64,000 bases of DNA from Thermoplasmata archaeon (lineage in GTDB: Archaea > Thermoplasmatota > Thermoplasmata > UBA10834), in NCBI GenBank assembly GCA_020696395.1, contig JAEHCN010000001.1:1902-65901 (forward strand), read 5' to 3'. Shown piece by piece: positions 1 through 10,029 of the stretch. Under the pieces are notes generated by a model. The model was given only the letters and a program-made list of their open reading frames with translations, did no database searches and had not been told where the DNA came from. The translations under genes were made by a program, and so were the position numbers. How positions within the stretch are numbered: position 1 is the first letter of the stretch; every line of letters begins with the position of its first letter.

Positions 1-1
1 C

Positions 2-1291
2 GGATTGGCAACGGCCGTCATGTTTGGCAAGCTCGGACACGAGGTCGTGTGCGCTGATGTCGACGAGCGACGTGTCAGAGCCGTGAACTGTGGGAAGTCC
101 CCATTCTATGAGCCGCCTCTCGAGAAGGAGCTGTCGGGGCTGGTTAGGAGAGGGATGCTGAAGGCCACCAAGGACGTGATCGGCTCCGCGCGCGAGTCGG
201 CGTTCATCTTCATCTGCGTCCAAACCCCCTCCCTGTCATCCGGGCGCATAGATATTCGAGCGTTGAAGGCAGCGAGCAGGAGCGTCGCGAAGGCCATCCG
301 GAAGTCCGAAGATTACAGAGTTGTCGTGGTGAAGAGCACCGTGGTTCCTTCGACCACCGACACCGTTGTGAGAGAGGTGTTGGAGACGGGGTCTGGGAAG
401 ACCGCAGGCAGGGATTTCGGGCTGTGCATGAACCCCGAGTTTCTCCAGGAAGGGAGCGCTCTGAAGGACAGTATGGAACCATCGAGAATCGTCATCGGTG
501 CGATTGACAAGCGCTCTGGCAACGCGCTCATGAAGCTCTATTCTCCCATCAGCTCCGACAAGATACGGACCGATCTCCGCACGGCGGAGATGATCAAGTA
601 CGCATCGAACGCTTTCCTCGCAACTAAGATTAGCTACGCCAACGAGGTGGCCAATATCTGCTATCGACTGGGGATCGACTCCGATGTCGTGCTCAAAGCG
701 GCGGGGAAGGACCCGAGAATCGGCCCGCTCTTTCTCAGGCCAGGTCTGGGATTCGGAGGCAGCTGCCTTCCGAAAGACGTGAAGGCTCTGAGGCAGAAGG
801 CCCGGACACTACGGTACCCCGGCCGGCTCCTAAACGCGGTCTTGGCGGTCAACGACGAGCAACCGTCCGAAGCCTCCTTCATCCTCAAGGAGGCGCTGGG
901 GACCCTGAAGGGAAGGAGAATCGCGGTGCTTGGCCTCTCGTTCAAGGGAAATGTGGACGATGTCCGCGAGACTAGGGCCGTCCCCCTGATCACAGGCCTC
1001 TTGGCCAACGGAGCTGAGGTCGTCGCATATGACCCTATGGCGACATCCAACTTCATCGATCTCATGCCGACCATCATGTACGCTGCATCTGCTAAGGAGG
1101 CGTTGAACGGAGCTGACGCGTGCGTCATCCAGGCGGATTGGCCGGAGTTCAGACGGCTCGGAAGGAAGGAGTTCTCCAGGATGAGAAACGCTGTGGTCGT
1201 CGACGGCAGGAGGTTCCTCGTACCCGCGAAGGTCGAGGAGGCTGGAGCCCGCTATTACGGAATCGGATACAGACCTGCCAGTAAGCCATGA
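2..1291 (+). CDS. UDP-glucose/GDP-mannose dehydrogenase family protein (5'-truncated by window edge)
   Basis: KSTVVP, NPEFLQEG, EMIKYASNAFLATKIS and GFGGSCLPKD catalytic motifs; frame open to the window start. Confidence 0.93.
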   Translation, partial: GLATAVMFGKLGHEVVCADVDERRVRAVNCGKSPFYEPPLEKELSGLVRRGMLKATKDVIGSARESAFIFICVQTPSLSSGRIDIRALKAASRSVAKAIRKSEDYRVVVVKSTVVPSTTDTVVREVLETGSGKTAGRDFGLCMNPEFLQEGSALKDSMEPSRIVIGAIDKRSGNALMKLYSPISSDKIRTDLRTAEMIKYASNAFLATKISYANEVANICYRLGIDSDVVLKAAGKDPRIGPLFLRPGLGFGGSCLPKDVKALRQKARTLRYPGRLLNAVLAVNDEQPSEASFILKEALGTLKGRRIAVLGLSFKGNVDDVRETRAVPLITGLLANGAEVVAYDPMATSNFIDLMPTIMYAASAKEALNGADACVIQADWPEFRRLGRKEFSRMRNAVVVDGRRFLVPAKVEEAGARYYGIGYRPASKP

Positions 1292-1355
1292 TTCGCTTTG
1301 AGTCACACCAAATCATAATAAGGAGTCGAACCTTCTAAGTTGACTTCGGGACGGC

Positions 1356-2201
1356 ATGAAGGTTAGCATTGTGCTCAACCTCCTGAATGAGAAGAGGCAC
1401 GTAAGAGACCTCCTCGACAGCTTGCTGGTTCAGGAGGGGCCGGTCGAGATTCTCGTCGTAGATGCCGGAAGCTACGACGGCACCATTGAGATTGTGAGAG
1501 CCTATGCCGAGAAGCACCCCGGGATCAGGCTCCACCAGCACCCTGGCACGAGGGGCGAGACAACCAACTTCGGAATATCCCAGGCCACTGGAGATGCAGT
1601 CGCGACGATCGGAGGTGACTGCATCGCGAACCCATTCTGGGTGAGCGAGTTGCGGAGATCCCTCAGGGACCACGATATCGTCGCCGGAAAGACTATCAAC
1701 ATAGGGTATCACGCGTTCGAGGACCTAGGGCGCGTTGAGCTGTTTCACCGCGGGATGGACATATCCCATCCCAGCGCGAGCATGGCCTGGAAGAGGGAGG
1801 TCCTGGACGCTGTCGAGGGCTTCGACCCTTGGTTCGTCACGGCGGAGGACATCGATGTCAACCTGCGGGCGGTCTCGATGGACTACACTCTCGGAGTGAA
1901 TGAGAACGCCATCGTGTATCATCGGACGAAAGGCAGCTTCAAGGGGTTCTTCAAGCAGGCCTTCTGGAATGGTTGGGGGAGGAAGCAGCTGACGATGAAA
2001 CACGGCTATCTCTGGTCGTCCTACAAACCAACCAGGCTGATCGAGACGTCGAAGTCCATCTGGGCAGTATCGAGGCTTGCAGTCGCCGTGCTCGGTTATC
2101 TCATGTGCAAGCTGTTCGAGACACCTCCGGAGGGTGGCGACAAGTCGAAACAGAGGCAATCCCGGACTGAGAGGTCGAGGCTTCTGTTTCCCGGGAGATG
2201 A
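1356..2201 (+). CDS. Glycosyltransferase family 2
   Basis: VSIVLNLLNE, VVDAGSYDGT and GFDPWFVTAEDID GT-A motifs. Confidence 0.88.
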   Translation: MKVSIVLNLLNEKRHVRDLLDSLLVQEGPVEILVVDAGSYDGTIEIVRAYAEKHPGIRLHQHPGTRGETTNFGISQATGDAVATIGGDCIANPFWVSELRRSLRDHDIVAGKTINIGYHAFEDLGRVELFHRGMDISHPSASMAWKREVLDAVEGFDPWFVTAEDIDVNLRAVSMDYTLGVNENAIVYHRTKGSFKGFFKQAFWNGWGRKQLTMKHGYLWSSYKPTRLIETSKSIWAVSRLAVAVLGYLMCKLFETPPEGGDKSKQRQSRTERSRLLFPGR

Positions 2202-2205
2202 TGTG

Positions 2206-2880
2206 TTGTCCGAGTCGATGGTGTCGGTGATAATCCCCACGATGAACGAAGAGAAGAGCGTCGGCCTTGTGATTGAAGAGGTCAGGAACGCGTTCGCCGG
2301 AAGGCGAGAGGCAGAGATCCTCGTGGTGGACACGAACTCGAAGGATAGGACCACGGAGATAGCGGCGTCGCTCGGAGCGACCGTCCTCGATGAACCTAGA
2401 CGCGGTTATGGCAGGGCGTACAGGACAGGCTTCGAGAACGCCAAGGGCGATTTCATAGCGACCTTGGATGCCGACATGACCTACCCGGCGACTGACCTGC
2501 CTGGTCTCGTGGATATGCTGGACTCCGAAGGGCTGGATTTCATCACGACCGATCGGTTCGCCAGGATGGAAAAGGGAGCGATGAGGACTAAGCACAGGGT
2601 CGGCAACTGGGTCCTGTCAACCGCTATGCGACTACTCTTCAGGGTGCGGGTTCGAGACTCCCAGAGCGGGATGTGGATCTTCAGAAGATCCGTCTTGGAT
2701 GTGGTCGAGCTGGAGAGCCTCGAGATGGCGATGTCAGAGGAGATCAAGATCGAGGCGTTCAGGAAGGTGAGGGCGAAGGAAGTCCCGATAACCTACAGGG
2801 TGCGGATAGGTGAGGTCAAGCTGAACAGCTGGCGGGACGGTCTCGGCAATTTGAAGTTCCTGTTCAGGAAGAGATTCTGA
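2206..2880 (+). CDS. Glycosyltransferase family 2, dolichol-phosphate hexosyltransferase (DPM1/AglJ-like)
   Basis: VSVIIPTMNEE, GYGRAY, LDADMTY, DSQSG, EVPITYRVR; start moved to TTG 2206 (alternative ATG 2218) after GGAG. Confidence 0.88.
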   Translation: MSESMVSVIIPTMNEEKSVGLVIEEVRNAFAGRREAEILVVDTNSKDRTTEIAASLGATVLDEPRRGYGRAYRTGFENAKGDFIATLDADMTYPATDLPGLVDMLDSEGLDFITTDRFARMEKGAMRTKHRVGNWVLSTAMRLLFRVRVRDSQSGMWIFRRSVLDVVELESLEMAMSEEIKIEAFRKVRAKEVPITYRVRIGEVKLNSWRDGLGNLKFLFRKRF

Positions 2881-2881
2881 G

Positions 2882-4777
2882 CTACTTCTTCCTTCTCCTC
2901 AGGAAGTTCGCGTATATCACAAACGCGACGCTGAGCAGCGCTATGGATGCGATCACGCTCACCGCCAACACCGTACCGATGCTGTCGGATGCCGGTTCGT
3001 GGATGAACATGGTGAGCACGATATCGTCTCCCGTCATCATAATCGACCGCTCCGAGAGGACCGTTCCATGGTCCACGTCGACGACATCGATCCTGATGAC
3101 CTCCCCCACAGCGCCCTGTTCAGGTACCACCAGATATACGATGCACGAGCCGTCGAGGCAGAGGACTCTGTGAGATTCCTCGCCTTCGTGATGCGTCACC
3201 ACCTCCAGCTGCCTTACCGGCACGTTGTTCCCTTGTCTGACCGTGACCTCTATCCCGATGAGCTTAGAGAGGGTGGCGTTCAGCGTCTGGTGGGAATGTA
3301 CTTCGTCCCCGACGAAGGCTGATGCCGAGATGAGCAGGTTGCCGACGACGCCTGCCACTCGGACTATGGGTGTCGAGGAGTGGGCCTCAGAGCACATGAC
3401 AAGACCGTGTGACCACACCTGGAAAACATAGACCGCGTACGCCGAGTAGTCCCATGTCTGGTCAGGATTCCAAGTCACAGTGAGGACGTCCGGCAGCAGG
3501 TCGCCGTCTGCGGTCGAATCGTCCACCTCGACGGCCGGTCCTGGCCCCGATGGGACTACCTCCCCGTCTCCCCGCAGAGCGAACGAGAACTCGTCCCACG
3601 AGGTCTCGGCTATCCGGAGTTCAGAGTATGCCTCGTCGAAACTTGTGTCTTCCGGGACGTACACTCCAAGGCCGAGCGAGACATCCATGCCTTCCGTTCC
3701 ACCTACATGAACCGTTTCGTGGCGTATGATTGCTGGTTGGTGCGATTGAGCGACGAGTAGCGCAGAGTACTTGACTTCCGCAGGAAGGTCACGCTCGCAC
3801 ACCTCCTCTGCGATGCTAGCCACATCGAGGTACCATGGCTCCTCGGAGCGCTCGGAGGAGCGCATCGCCGAGGATGTCAGGTCGTGATAGAGTCGGTCGT
3901 ATCCGAAACCCAAGACCGAGAGCCAGTCGAGGCTGTCGACGACATCGTCGATGTGACAAAGGTCGAAGGCGCCCATCGATGTGGAGCATGAGGAACCATA
4001 GAGCGCCCAGTCGATGTAGTCGTCCACGATGACCTCTGCGAACTCCTCGACCGACTGTGAGGTGTCTGATGTCAGATCGTTGATGATGTCCATGTACGGG
4101 AGTCCCTCGGAAGGCACGAGCAGCTCGCTCCCAACTAGGATGTCCGCATACCCGCTGACCTCGTAGGCGGTCTCCAGGGTAGCACCGTTGCATATGTCAA
4201 GCACGACCATGTCGATTCTTCTGTCAAGGGCCTCGCTGGTCATGGACAGCGCCGAGCGAAGCTCAGGAAGGGTCAGAATGTCGTACCCATCTGGGCACAA
4301 CCCTCTCCACCCCCCGCCGTGACCCCATAGGACCAGCACGAGGTTGTCGGCGGGGTATTGGGTCGCTGAGTAGACCACGAAATCTCGCAGTGTTGCAGAC
4401 GACCCCGTGTTGACCTCGTCTCCGCCCGGTATGACTTCTCCTCCGTCATCCAGCTCGGGAGACACGATGATGGGATCGAAGTAGTTGTCATCGTGCTCTA
4501 TCTTCAGCAGTCTGGAGTCGCCCTGTTCCGGCGGGTCCACCAGGACTATTACATCAACTCCTTCGGCGTGAGTAGCAGCCTCGAGTTCGTTGATATCCTG
4601 CGCCCACGGAGGTGGGTCATCGATGTCGGCCGCCATGTATACCATGACGGTCCATGTAGATGTCACCTGACCGACCAGCGCCTTCGGGTGCACCTGCGTG
4701 CCGGATACCACCATCGAAGCTGCCGCCACGGAAAGTAGCGCAAGACCTGCGACCCTTGAGCGATAAACAACCCCCAC
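2882..4777 (-). CDS. Clostripain-family (C11) cysteine peptidase, secreted and C-terminally membrane-anchored
   Basis: Signal peptide, WTVMVYMAAD, His motif WGHGGGW, Cys motif LDICNGA, C-terminal TM helix followed by RRRKK. Confidence 0.85.
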   Translation of the reverse strand: MGVVYRSRVAGLALLSVAAASMVVSGTQVHPKALVGQVTSTWTVMVYMAADIDDPPPWAQDINELEAATHAEGVDVIVLVDPPEQGDSRLLKIEHDDNYFDPIIVSPELDDGGEVIPGGDEVNTGSSATLRDFVVYSATQYPADNLVLVLWGHGGGWRGLCPDGYDILTLPELRSALSMTSEALDRRIDMVVLDICNGATLETAYEVSGYADILVGSELLVPSEGLPYMDIINDLTSDTSQSVEEFAEVIVDDYIDWALYGSSCSTSMGAFDLCHIDDVVDSLDWLSVLGFGYDRLYHDLTSSAMRSSERSEEPWYLDVASIAEEVCERDLPAEVKYSALLVAQSHQPAIIRHETVHVGGTEGMDVSLGLGVYVPEDTSFDEAYSELRIAETSWDEFSFALRGDGEVVPSGPGPAVEVDDSTADGDLLPDVLTVTWNPDQTWDYSAYAVYVFQVWSHGLVMCSEAHSSTPIVRVAGVVGNLLISASAFVGDEVHSHQTLNATLSKLIGIEVTVRQGNNVPVRQLEVVTHHEGEESHRVLCLDGSCIVYLVVPEQGAVGEVIRIDVVDVDHGTVLSERSIMMTGDDIVLTMFIHEPASDSIGTVLAVSVIASIALLSVAFVIYANFLRRRKK

Positions 4778-4780
4778 GAA

Positions 4781-5335
4781 TCACACCATCCCAGCCATTC
4801 TGAGGCTCTTCCTCACAGTCGATTTGAACGAATCAAGATTGGCCCTGCGATATAGGCATGCCGCCGGATGGTATGCGATCATTCCTCGGAACCTCCTTGC
4901 GCCTACCTCCAGGGGGACCTCTTTGTTCGTGACATCTGCCATCTTCTTCGTGGTCCCGAAGAGACTGCGAGCTACAGTCTGCCCCATCGCACATATGACG
5001 ACCGGATTCATAGACGCCAGCTCGGTGCGTAAATGCTCAGCGCACGCGGAGAGTTCGTCCTGTTTCGGTCTCCTGTTCTCGGGGGGCCTGCATCGCACGA
5101 GGTTCGTTATGTAGACCGCTCCTCTGCCAACACCCGCCTCCTCGAGTGCCTCGTTCAGGATCCGGCCTGCCCTACCAACAAACGGCTCGCCTGCCAGATC
5201 CTCTTCCCGACCAGGGGCCTCGCCTACGAAGACTATCCTGGCTCCACGTGGCCCAATCCCGTTCACTATGTTGGCTCTTCCCGTCCATAGACGGCATTTC
5301 CTGCAGTTCGTCAACATGTACCCTGTGGATGTCAT
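4781..5335 (-). CDS. udg: Uracil-DNA glycosylase family 4 (4Fe-4S)
   Basis: CRKC, GEAPG, PFVGRAG, TNLVRCRPPENR, YHPAA. Confidence 0.93.
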   Translation of the reverse strand: MTSTGYMLTNCRKCRLWTGRANIVNGIGPRGARIVFVGEAPGREEDLAGEPFVGRAGRILNEALEEAGVGRGAVYITNLVRCRPPENRRPKQDELSACAEHLRTELASMNPVVICAMGQTVARSLFGTTKKMADVTNKEVPLEVGARRFRGMIAYHPAACLYRRANLDSFKSTVRKSLRMAGMV

Positions 5336-5336
5336 A

Positions 5337-5837
5337 TCACGTGAGGTCCTTCGCTTTGAAGATCGAGATCAGCTCGACGCCGCTGCTGGAAAGCGCGGAG
5401 GCTGCTCCCTCCTCCCTGTCGACGACGACGATGGCCCTGGAGACTCTAGCCCCCTTCTCCCTCAATGCGTGGACGACCCTCAACGTGGACCCGCCAGTTG
5501 TGGCGACGTCCTCGACTATCACGAACTCGTCCCCTTCGTGCACTTCACCTTCGACCAGTTCCTTTGTCCCGTGGTCCTTCGCCTCATTGCGGACCATCAC
5601 GTACGGCCGTCCAGTCTCCAGTGCGACCGCCACCGCGAGAGGCACTGCCCCAAGCGCCATTCCGGCTATCTTGCGGTCGTCAACATACGGCGCCATCGCC
5701 TTGGCAATCTCCCTTAGCACGGCCGGGTCTGTGCTCGCGCGTTTGATGTTCACGAAGTAGCTGCTCCGCTTCCCAGAAGCAAGGACGAAGTCTCCAGTTT
5801 GCACGACGTTGAGGTCCATCAGCATCTCTCTGAGCAT
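5337..5837 (-). CDS. pyrE: Orotate phosphoribosyltransferase
   Basis: FVLASGKRSSY, KDHGT, PRPP motif VEDVATTGGS. Confidence 0.95.
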   Translation of the reverse strand: MLREMLMDLNVVQTGDFVLASGKRSSYFVNIKRASTDPAVLREIAKAMAPYVDDRKIAGMALGAVPLAVAVALETGRPYVMVRNEAKDHGTKELVEGEVHEGDEFVIVEDVATTGGSTLRVVHALREKGARVSRAIVVVDREEGAASALSSSGVELISIFKAKDLT

Positions 5838-5849
5838 GCGATCGTCACC

Positions 5850-6413
5850 TTACCAAGGCACATTCTTTTTTCCCATCTTATAACCTATTATGTTGATTCC
5901 GCGATGCAGGACCGGGACGATGATGAGAAGGGCGAAAAGGCCCCATATCGCGTTGCCCGTGACGTAGTGCTGGTCGAACCAGTCGAATCGGAATATCGCC
6001 AGCAGGATCACTGCTCCGACCACGAAGTTGTACTGGTCCAGTCCGGGCGCTCTTAGACCCCGGTCGACCCCAAGCCTTCTCTTCACGAACGATCCGATGC
6101 TGTCCCCGACCATCGAGCCAACGCTCAGGCACAGCACTACCAGCAGGGCGGAGGGCCATTCACCGAAAGTCCATGCGTCTCCAAGTTCCGCCGTCCGTGC
6201 CGTCCCGATCTGGAGGATTCCGAACAGCATGCCGCAGGTTGCCCCGCCGATGAACCCCCTCCATGTCTTGCCGTCTCCGAGTATCCGGCGCCCTCTCCAC
6301 GTCCTTCCGAAATCCATCGGCGTTCCCCCGCCGACAAGGACCGCAGCTGGGTTGGGTATGAGGGCCGGCAGCATCAACCACAGGCCTGCAAAGGCCGCCT
6401 CCAAAGGGGACAT
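5850..6413 (-). CDS. carS: CDP-2,3-bis-(O-geranylgeranyl)-sn-glycerol (CDP-archaeol) synthase
   Basis: GGGTPMDFG, LGDGKTWRG, GDSIGSFVKRRLG..RG..PGLDQ, C-terminal KNVPW; start uncertain (6413 or 6425). Confidence 0.92.
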   Translation of the reverse strand: MSPLEAAFAGLWLMLPALIPNPAAVLVGGGTPMDFGRTWRGRRILGDGKTWRGFIGGATCGMLFGILQIGTARTAELGDAWTFGEWPSALLVVLCLSVGSMVGDSIGSFVKRRLGVDRGLRAPGLDQYNFVVGAVILLAIFRFDWFDQHYVTGNAIWGLFALLIIVPVLHRGINIIGYKMGKKNVPW

Positions 6414-6558
6414 CTTCGGGGGCATATTGCAGAAGTGCATTATAACTGAAACGCAAGGGGCCATCGTTCCTTAAGCGGTTTCGGATCAGCCATATCACGA
6501 TGTGAACTCACTTACGACTGGGACGTAGGCCCTGGCACACGTCCGATGTGGCATCGCC

Positions 6559-8457
6559 TTACGGCGGCTCTCCGGAGAAGAAGTCGAGCACGCATGGCAC
6601 GGGAAGGTCGCATCTCGAAGCGCCCAATACCTCCTCGAACTGGACCGCCCTTCTATCCAGCACCACAGCCATACCTCTGTCCGTCTCCGACCGTATCAGC
6701 CTGCCCACGGCCTGGAGCAGCTTCCTCCCAGTGGGCGCCTTGACGGCATGCTCCCAGCCGTCTCCGAACTTGATCTCGCAGAAGTACTGGAGCGCGCGAT
6801 GACGGGCTGTGGGTTTCGGATACGGTATGCCTGCGATTATCGCCAGCTCCATCTCGTCACCGGGAAAGTCTACCCCCTCGCTGACACGTCCGCCGGAGAC
6901 GGCGTGCATCACCGCGTTCCCGTGTGCGGACTTGAACTGCTGGACAGCATCCATCAAGTTCCTCTGCCCCATCGACCGCTCCTCCGTGTAGACATGAACC
7001 CCCGCGGCGAAGTCCACCAGGGTGCTGACTCGGTGCATGGTCGCGTACGAGGGGTAGAATATTATCGTGTTCCTCCTGCATGCCGACACGACCGATGTTA
7101 TGTGCGCTGCGATCCGGTCGACGATGTCAGGGTCTCGTTCCAGGTCCTCGTGCCTGGTCGTTACGTCGCCAACGAAGATTATCTTCCTGTTACGTGGGGG
7201 GAACGGCGACTCGATCTCTGCCCTCATGGAATCCCTCGGCAGCCCCAAGGACAGGACATAGTCGTCAAGCGGCCGCAAGGTGCCCGACATGTGTACGCTG
7301 GAGTGGCACTCGAGCACCGGCTGGCAGGCGATCGACGCATCGAGGCAGTATGCTTCGAAAGCGCTCGTGTCAGATTTGACCACCAGCTTGACGTATTCCC
7401 CCTCTTCCAGGGTGTGCCAGAGAGTAAGGAACCCCGCCACCCGGTGTATGTATGACCTCGGCAGCCTCCCCGCGCCCTTTCGAGCGTCGCGCACCATCTC
7501 TCCGTAGTTGCTCAGCTGGGAATAGACGCCCTTCAGCTTAGTGCTGGTCTGATGGGTTCCGAACATCAGTTCCTCCTCCAGGAAGGACTGAGGGATGATC
7601 CCGTCCTCGTCTATGAGATATTCCTCCACGGCCCGTTCCAGCGAGTTGCCGAGGAGGTCGACCAGGTCGCTCATGCTCGTCCCAACCGCCACCTCGGGGT
7701 CGCCGAACTCATCGATCTCGCTCTCGGCCAGCCTCAGGGTGACCTCAGAGAGCCTGGAGGACTTCAGCTCCCGGGCGAACGGTGGCAGGTTGTGCGCCTC
7801 GTCCACGATCAGGGCGACATCGCACAGAGAGCACCCCATCCAGTCGAGGAGCGTGTGTCTTATGAATCCATCGAAGAACATGATGTACGGCGCTGCGACC
7901 ACGTCCGCGGCTGGGAGATGCATCTTCGTCGCCTCGTACGGGCAGAGAGTCCGTTCCTGACAGTAGTCGGCGAACTCTTCCGCGGTCGGAAGCTCCCGCC
8001 TCAGATGCCTCGTTACCTCCTGCATGTCCTGCGACATTATGGACGCGAAGTAGACACACGCATCCTCCTCTCCACGCATGACCCTGGCCTTTCTCTCGCC
8101 ACAAACCTTCGAGAGCTCCTCAGGGTTCCCGTCGGCAAGCTCGGAATCGACCTTCGCCAAGGGACACATGTTCCTCCTCCCCTGGAGGGCTATGCCGAAG
8201 TGGTTCCTGGTGCCTTTTATGCCACGCAGCTCATACATGACCTGACGCTGCTGCGAGTTCGTGCGTGTCAAATAGAGCAGCTTCTTCCCCCGGCGGTGAC
8301 ACACGTCCAGGGCGCCGTAGAGTGAACACACGGTCTTTCCGGTCCCTGTCCCGCTCTCGACCACAAGATGGCCTCGGCTCTCGCATGCTGAACGGACGAG
8401 GTCGATAAGCCTCTCCTGACCTTGTCTAAGGCGATACGGAAAACCATCAAGTGACAT
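6559..8457 (-). CDS. xpd: XPD/Rad3/DinG-family Fe-S DNA helicase
   Basis: Walker A SGTGTGKT, four Fe-S cysteines, DEAHN, SGTL, SEGVDF, QAVGRLIRSETD. Confidence 0.92.
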   Translation of the reverse strand: MSLDGFPYRLRQGQERLIDLVRSACESRGHLVVESGTGTGKTVCSLYGALDVCHRRGKKLLYLTRTNSQQRQVMYELRGIKGTRNHFGIALQGRRNMCPLAKVDSELADGNPEELSKVCGERKARVMRGEEDACVYFASIMSQDMQEVTRHLRRELPTAEEFADYCQERTLCPYEATKMHLPAADVVAAPYIMFFDGFIRHTLLDWMGCSLCDVALIVDEAHNLPPFARELKSSRLSEVTLRLAESEIDEFGDPEVAVGTSMSDLVDLLGNSLERAVEEYLIDEDGIIPQSFLEEELMFGTHQTSTKLKGVYSQLSNYGEMVRDARKGAGRLPRSYIHRVAGFLTLWHTLEEGEYVKLVVKSDTSAFEAYCLDASIACQPVLECHSSVHMSGTLRPLDDYVLSLGLPRDSMRAEIESPFPPRNRKIIFVGDVTTRHEDLERDPDIVDRIAAHITSVVSACRRNTIIFYPSYATMHRVSTLVDFAAGVHVYTEERSMGQRNLMDAVQQFKSAHGNAVMHAVSGGRVSEGVDFPGDEMELAIIAGIPYPKPTARHRALQYFCEIKFGDGWEHAVKAPTGRKLLQAVGRLIRSETDRGMAVVLDRRAVQFEEVLGASRCDLPVPCVLDFFSGEPP

Positions 8458-8532
8458 CTGCGAAGTCCGAGAGACAAGTGCGCTCTAAACGCTTTGCCCT
8501 GCATCGGCGAATATAGGCAATAGGGGGTCGGC

Positions 8533-8988
8533 CTACTCCCTAGACCATATGTCTTCGGGGATATCGTCGTAGACTGTCGTGTCTTCGTCTAGGTTATCCT
8601 GGAACCTACCTCTCCCGTATATCAGCTCGGATATGCGTTCCTTCTGGAACATCCAGTAGTGGATGCGCCATTCCCGGCCGTCGTACAGGGTGGTCTCCTC
8701 GCGCTCGGTCGTCAGGATGCCCGCGTCCTCCAGCATATAGAACGCATCCCTGTCCTCAGGCTCGAGCACGTTGTCGATTATCCTCTCGCTGTATCCGAAG
8801 AAGTTCATGACATGCTGAGCCATCGCCCTCGCCTCTTCCTCGGGCATGCCCTGCTTGTCGATGCTGTTCTTGATCGCCTTCGTGAGATGCTCGACAGTGA
8901 GCGTCGCATTGGCGACGCTAACGTCTGACTTCTTCAGCTTCGTGATGATATTCAAGGATTCACTCAACGGTTCTACACGTCTTTTCAT
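8533..8988 (-). CDS. Conserved Thermoplasmata protein (DUF6015-like, probable winged helix)
   Basis: FFGYSERIIDNVLEPEDRDAFYMLEDAGIL..E.TTL.DGREWRIHYW signature recalled from Thermoplasmata proteins; acidic tail. Confidence 0.7.
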   Translation of the reverse strand: MKRRVEPLSESLNIITKLKKSDVSVANATLTVEHLTKAIKNSIDKQGMPEEEARAMAQHVMNFFGYSERIIDNVLEPEDRDAFYMLEDAGILTTEREETTLYDGREWRIHYWMFQKERISELIYGRGRFQDNLDEDTTVYDDIPEDIWSRE

Positions 8989-9150
8989 AACAAACCTGCC
9001 CCCGAACCTCGAAAAACCCCTTGCTCTCGCAACAGAGATTTATTTAGATGGTCGAGGTATAAATACCTTGGCTTTCGACGAGCGCATTGCACGATATTAC
9101 GGGATTATGCGATGTCGTCGGGATCCGAAAGAGGATACTGGTGGTCATAC

Positions 9151-9453
9151 ATGTTGGCGGAGTTCAGTGTCGTGCCTGTCGGAGCAGGTGAGAGCGTGAG
9201 CCGGTACGTTGCGGATTGCCTTAGGATCGTCGACAAGTCTGGTGTCGATTATCACCTCAATCCGATGGGCACCGTGCTCGAAGGGGATTTCGACGATGTC
9301 ATGGCAGTGATTGCCGCCTGCCACAAAGCAATCACTGCCTCCTGTGCTAGGGTCCTGACGACCATAAGGATCGACGATCGGAGAGGCACTGAGGACGGGC
9401 TCCGCTCGAAGATCGAGTCAGTCGAAAGCAAAGTGGGGAAAAGACTAAGATGA
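9151..9453 (+). CDS. MTH1187/YkoF-like thiamine-binding protein
   Basis: MLAEFSVVPVG..ESVSRYVA, LNPMGTVLEG, RIDDRR. Confidence 0.9.
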   Translation: MLAEFSVVPVGAGESVSRYVADCLRIVDKSGVDYHLNPMGTVLEGDFDDVMAVIAACHKAITASCARVLTTIRIDDRRGTEDGLRSKIESVESKVGKRLR

Positions 9454-9492
9454 AGGGGTTTCAGAGGTAGCCAGGGATTCTCAGGCGCACGG

Positions 9493-9882
9493 TCAGAACC
9501 GCAGGCCCAGACCAGAGAACGGTCCCCAGAAGCCCACCAGTATTATGAGCACGGTCGCGCTCAGAATGAGAGCCACCCTGACCCACTTGTTCATATCGGT
9601 CCTCATCAACGCCCCGAGTAGCATGGCGGCGGTAATGACGAACAGGCCAAGAGCCTTCACGACCATCCCCGCATCCACACCAGTGGCTGTGTCTGCGACG
9701 CCATAGATTATGGATCCGATCATCAGCAGGAACAATCCTGCGACGACTCCGAGGGCAAGCCAAAGATCCGAAGCGAAAGCCCTTACGTATTCGCTTGCCG
9801 GTTTGTGTACCGGTTGGTACTGCATTCCATAGGCAGGGTACGGCGCCTGCTGTGGGGGTTCATTACTCTGTTCAGGAGACAT
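9493..9882 (-). CDS. Hypothetical membrane protein (about 3 TM, Pro/Gln/Tyr-rich N-terminus)
   Basis: Hydrophobic helices, coding-like codon use, GGAAGGGA upstream of ATG 9882. Confidence 0.7.
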   Translation of the reverse strand: MSPEQSNEPPQQAPYPAYGMQYQPVHKPASEYVRAFASDLWLALGVVAGLFLLMIGSIIYGVADTATGVDAGMVVKALGLFVITAAMLLGALMRTDMNKWVRVALILSATVLIILVGFWGPFSGLGLRF

Positions 9883-10029
9883 TTTTATCCCTTCCGACCG
9901 CATATTGATTGGCTGGGGAATATCTTTTTCGCAAAAACTATATAAAGCCGGCATTCGGGCCTCCCCGTCCCCGACCGCCTGTCGAAAAGGCGTCTATCTT
10001 GCACGCGGTGTCGCCGACCGTAGCCTCTG

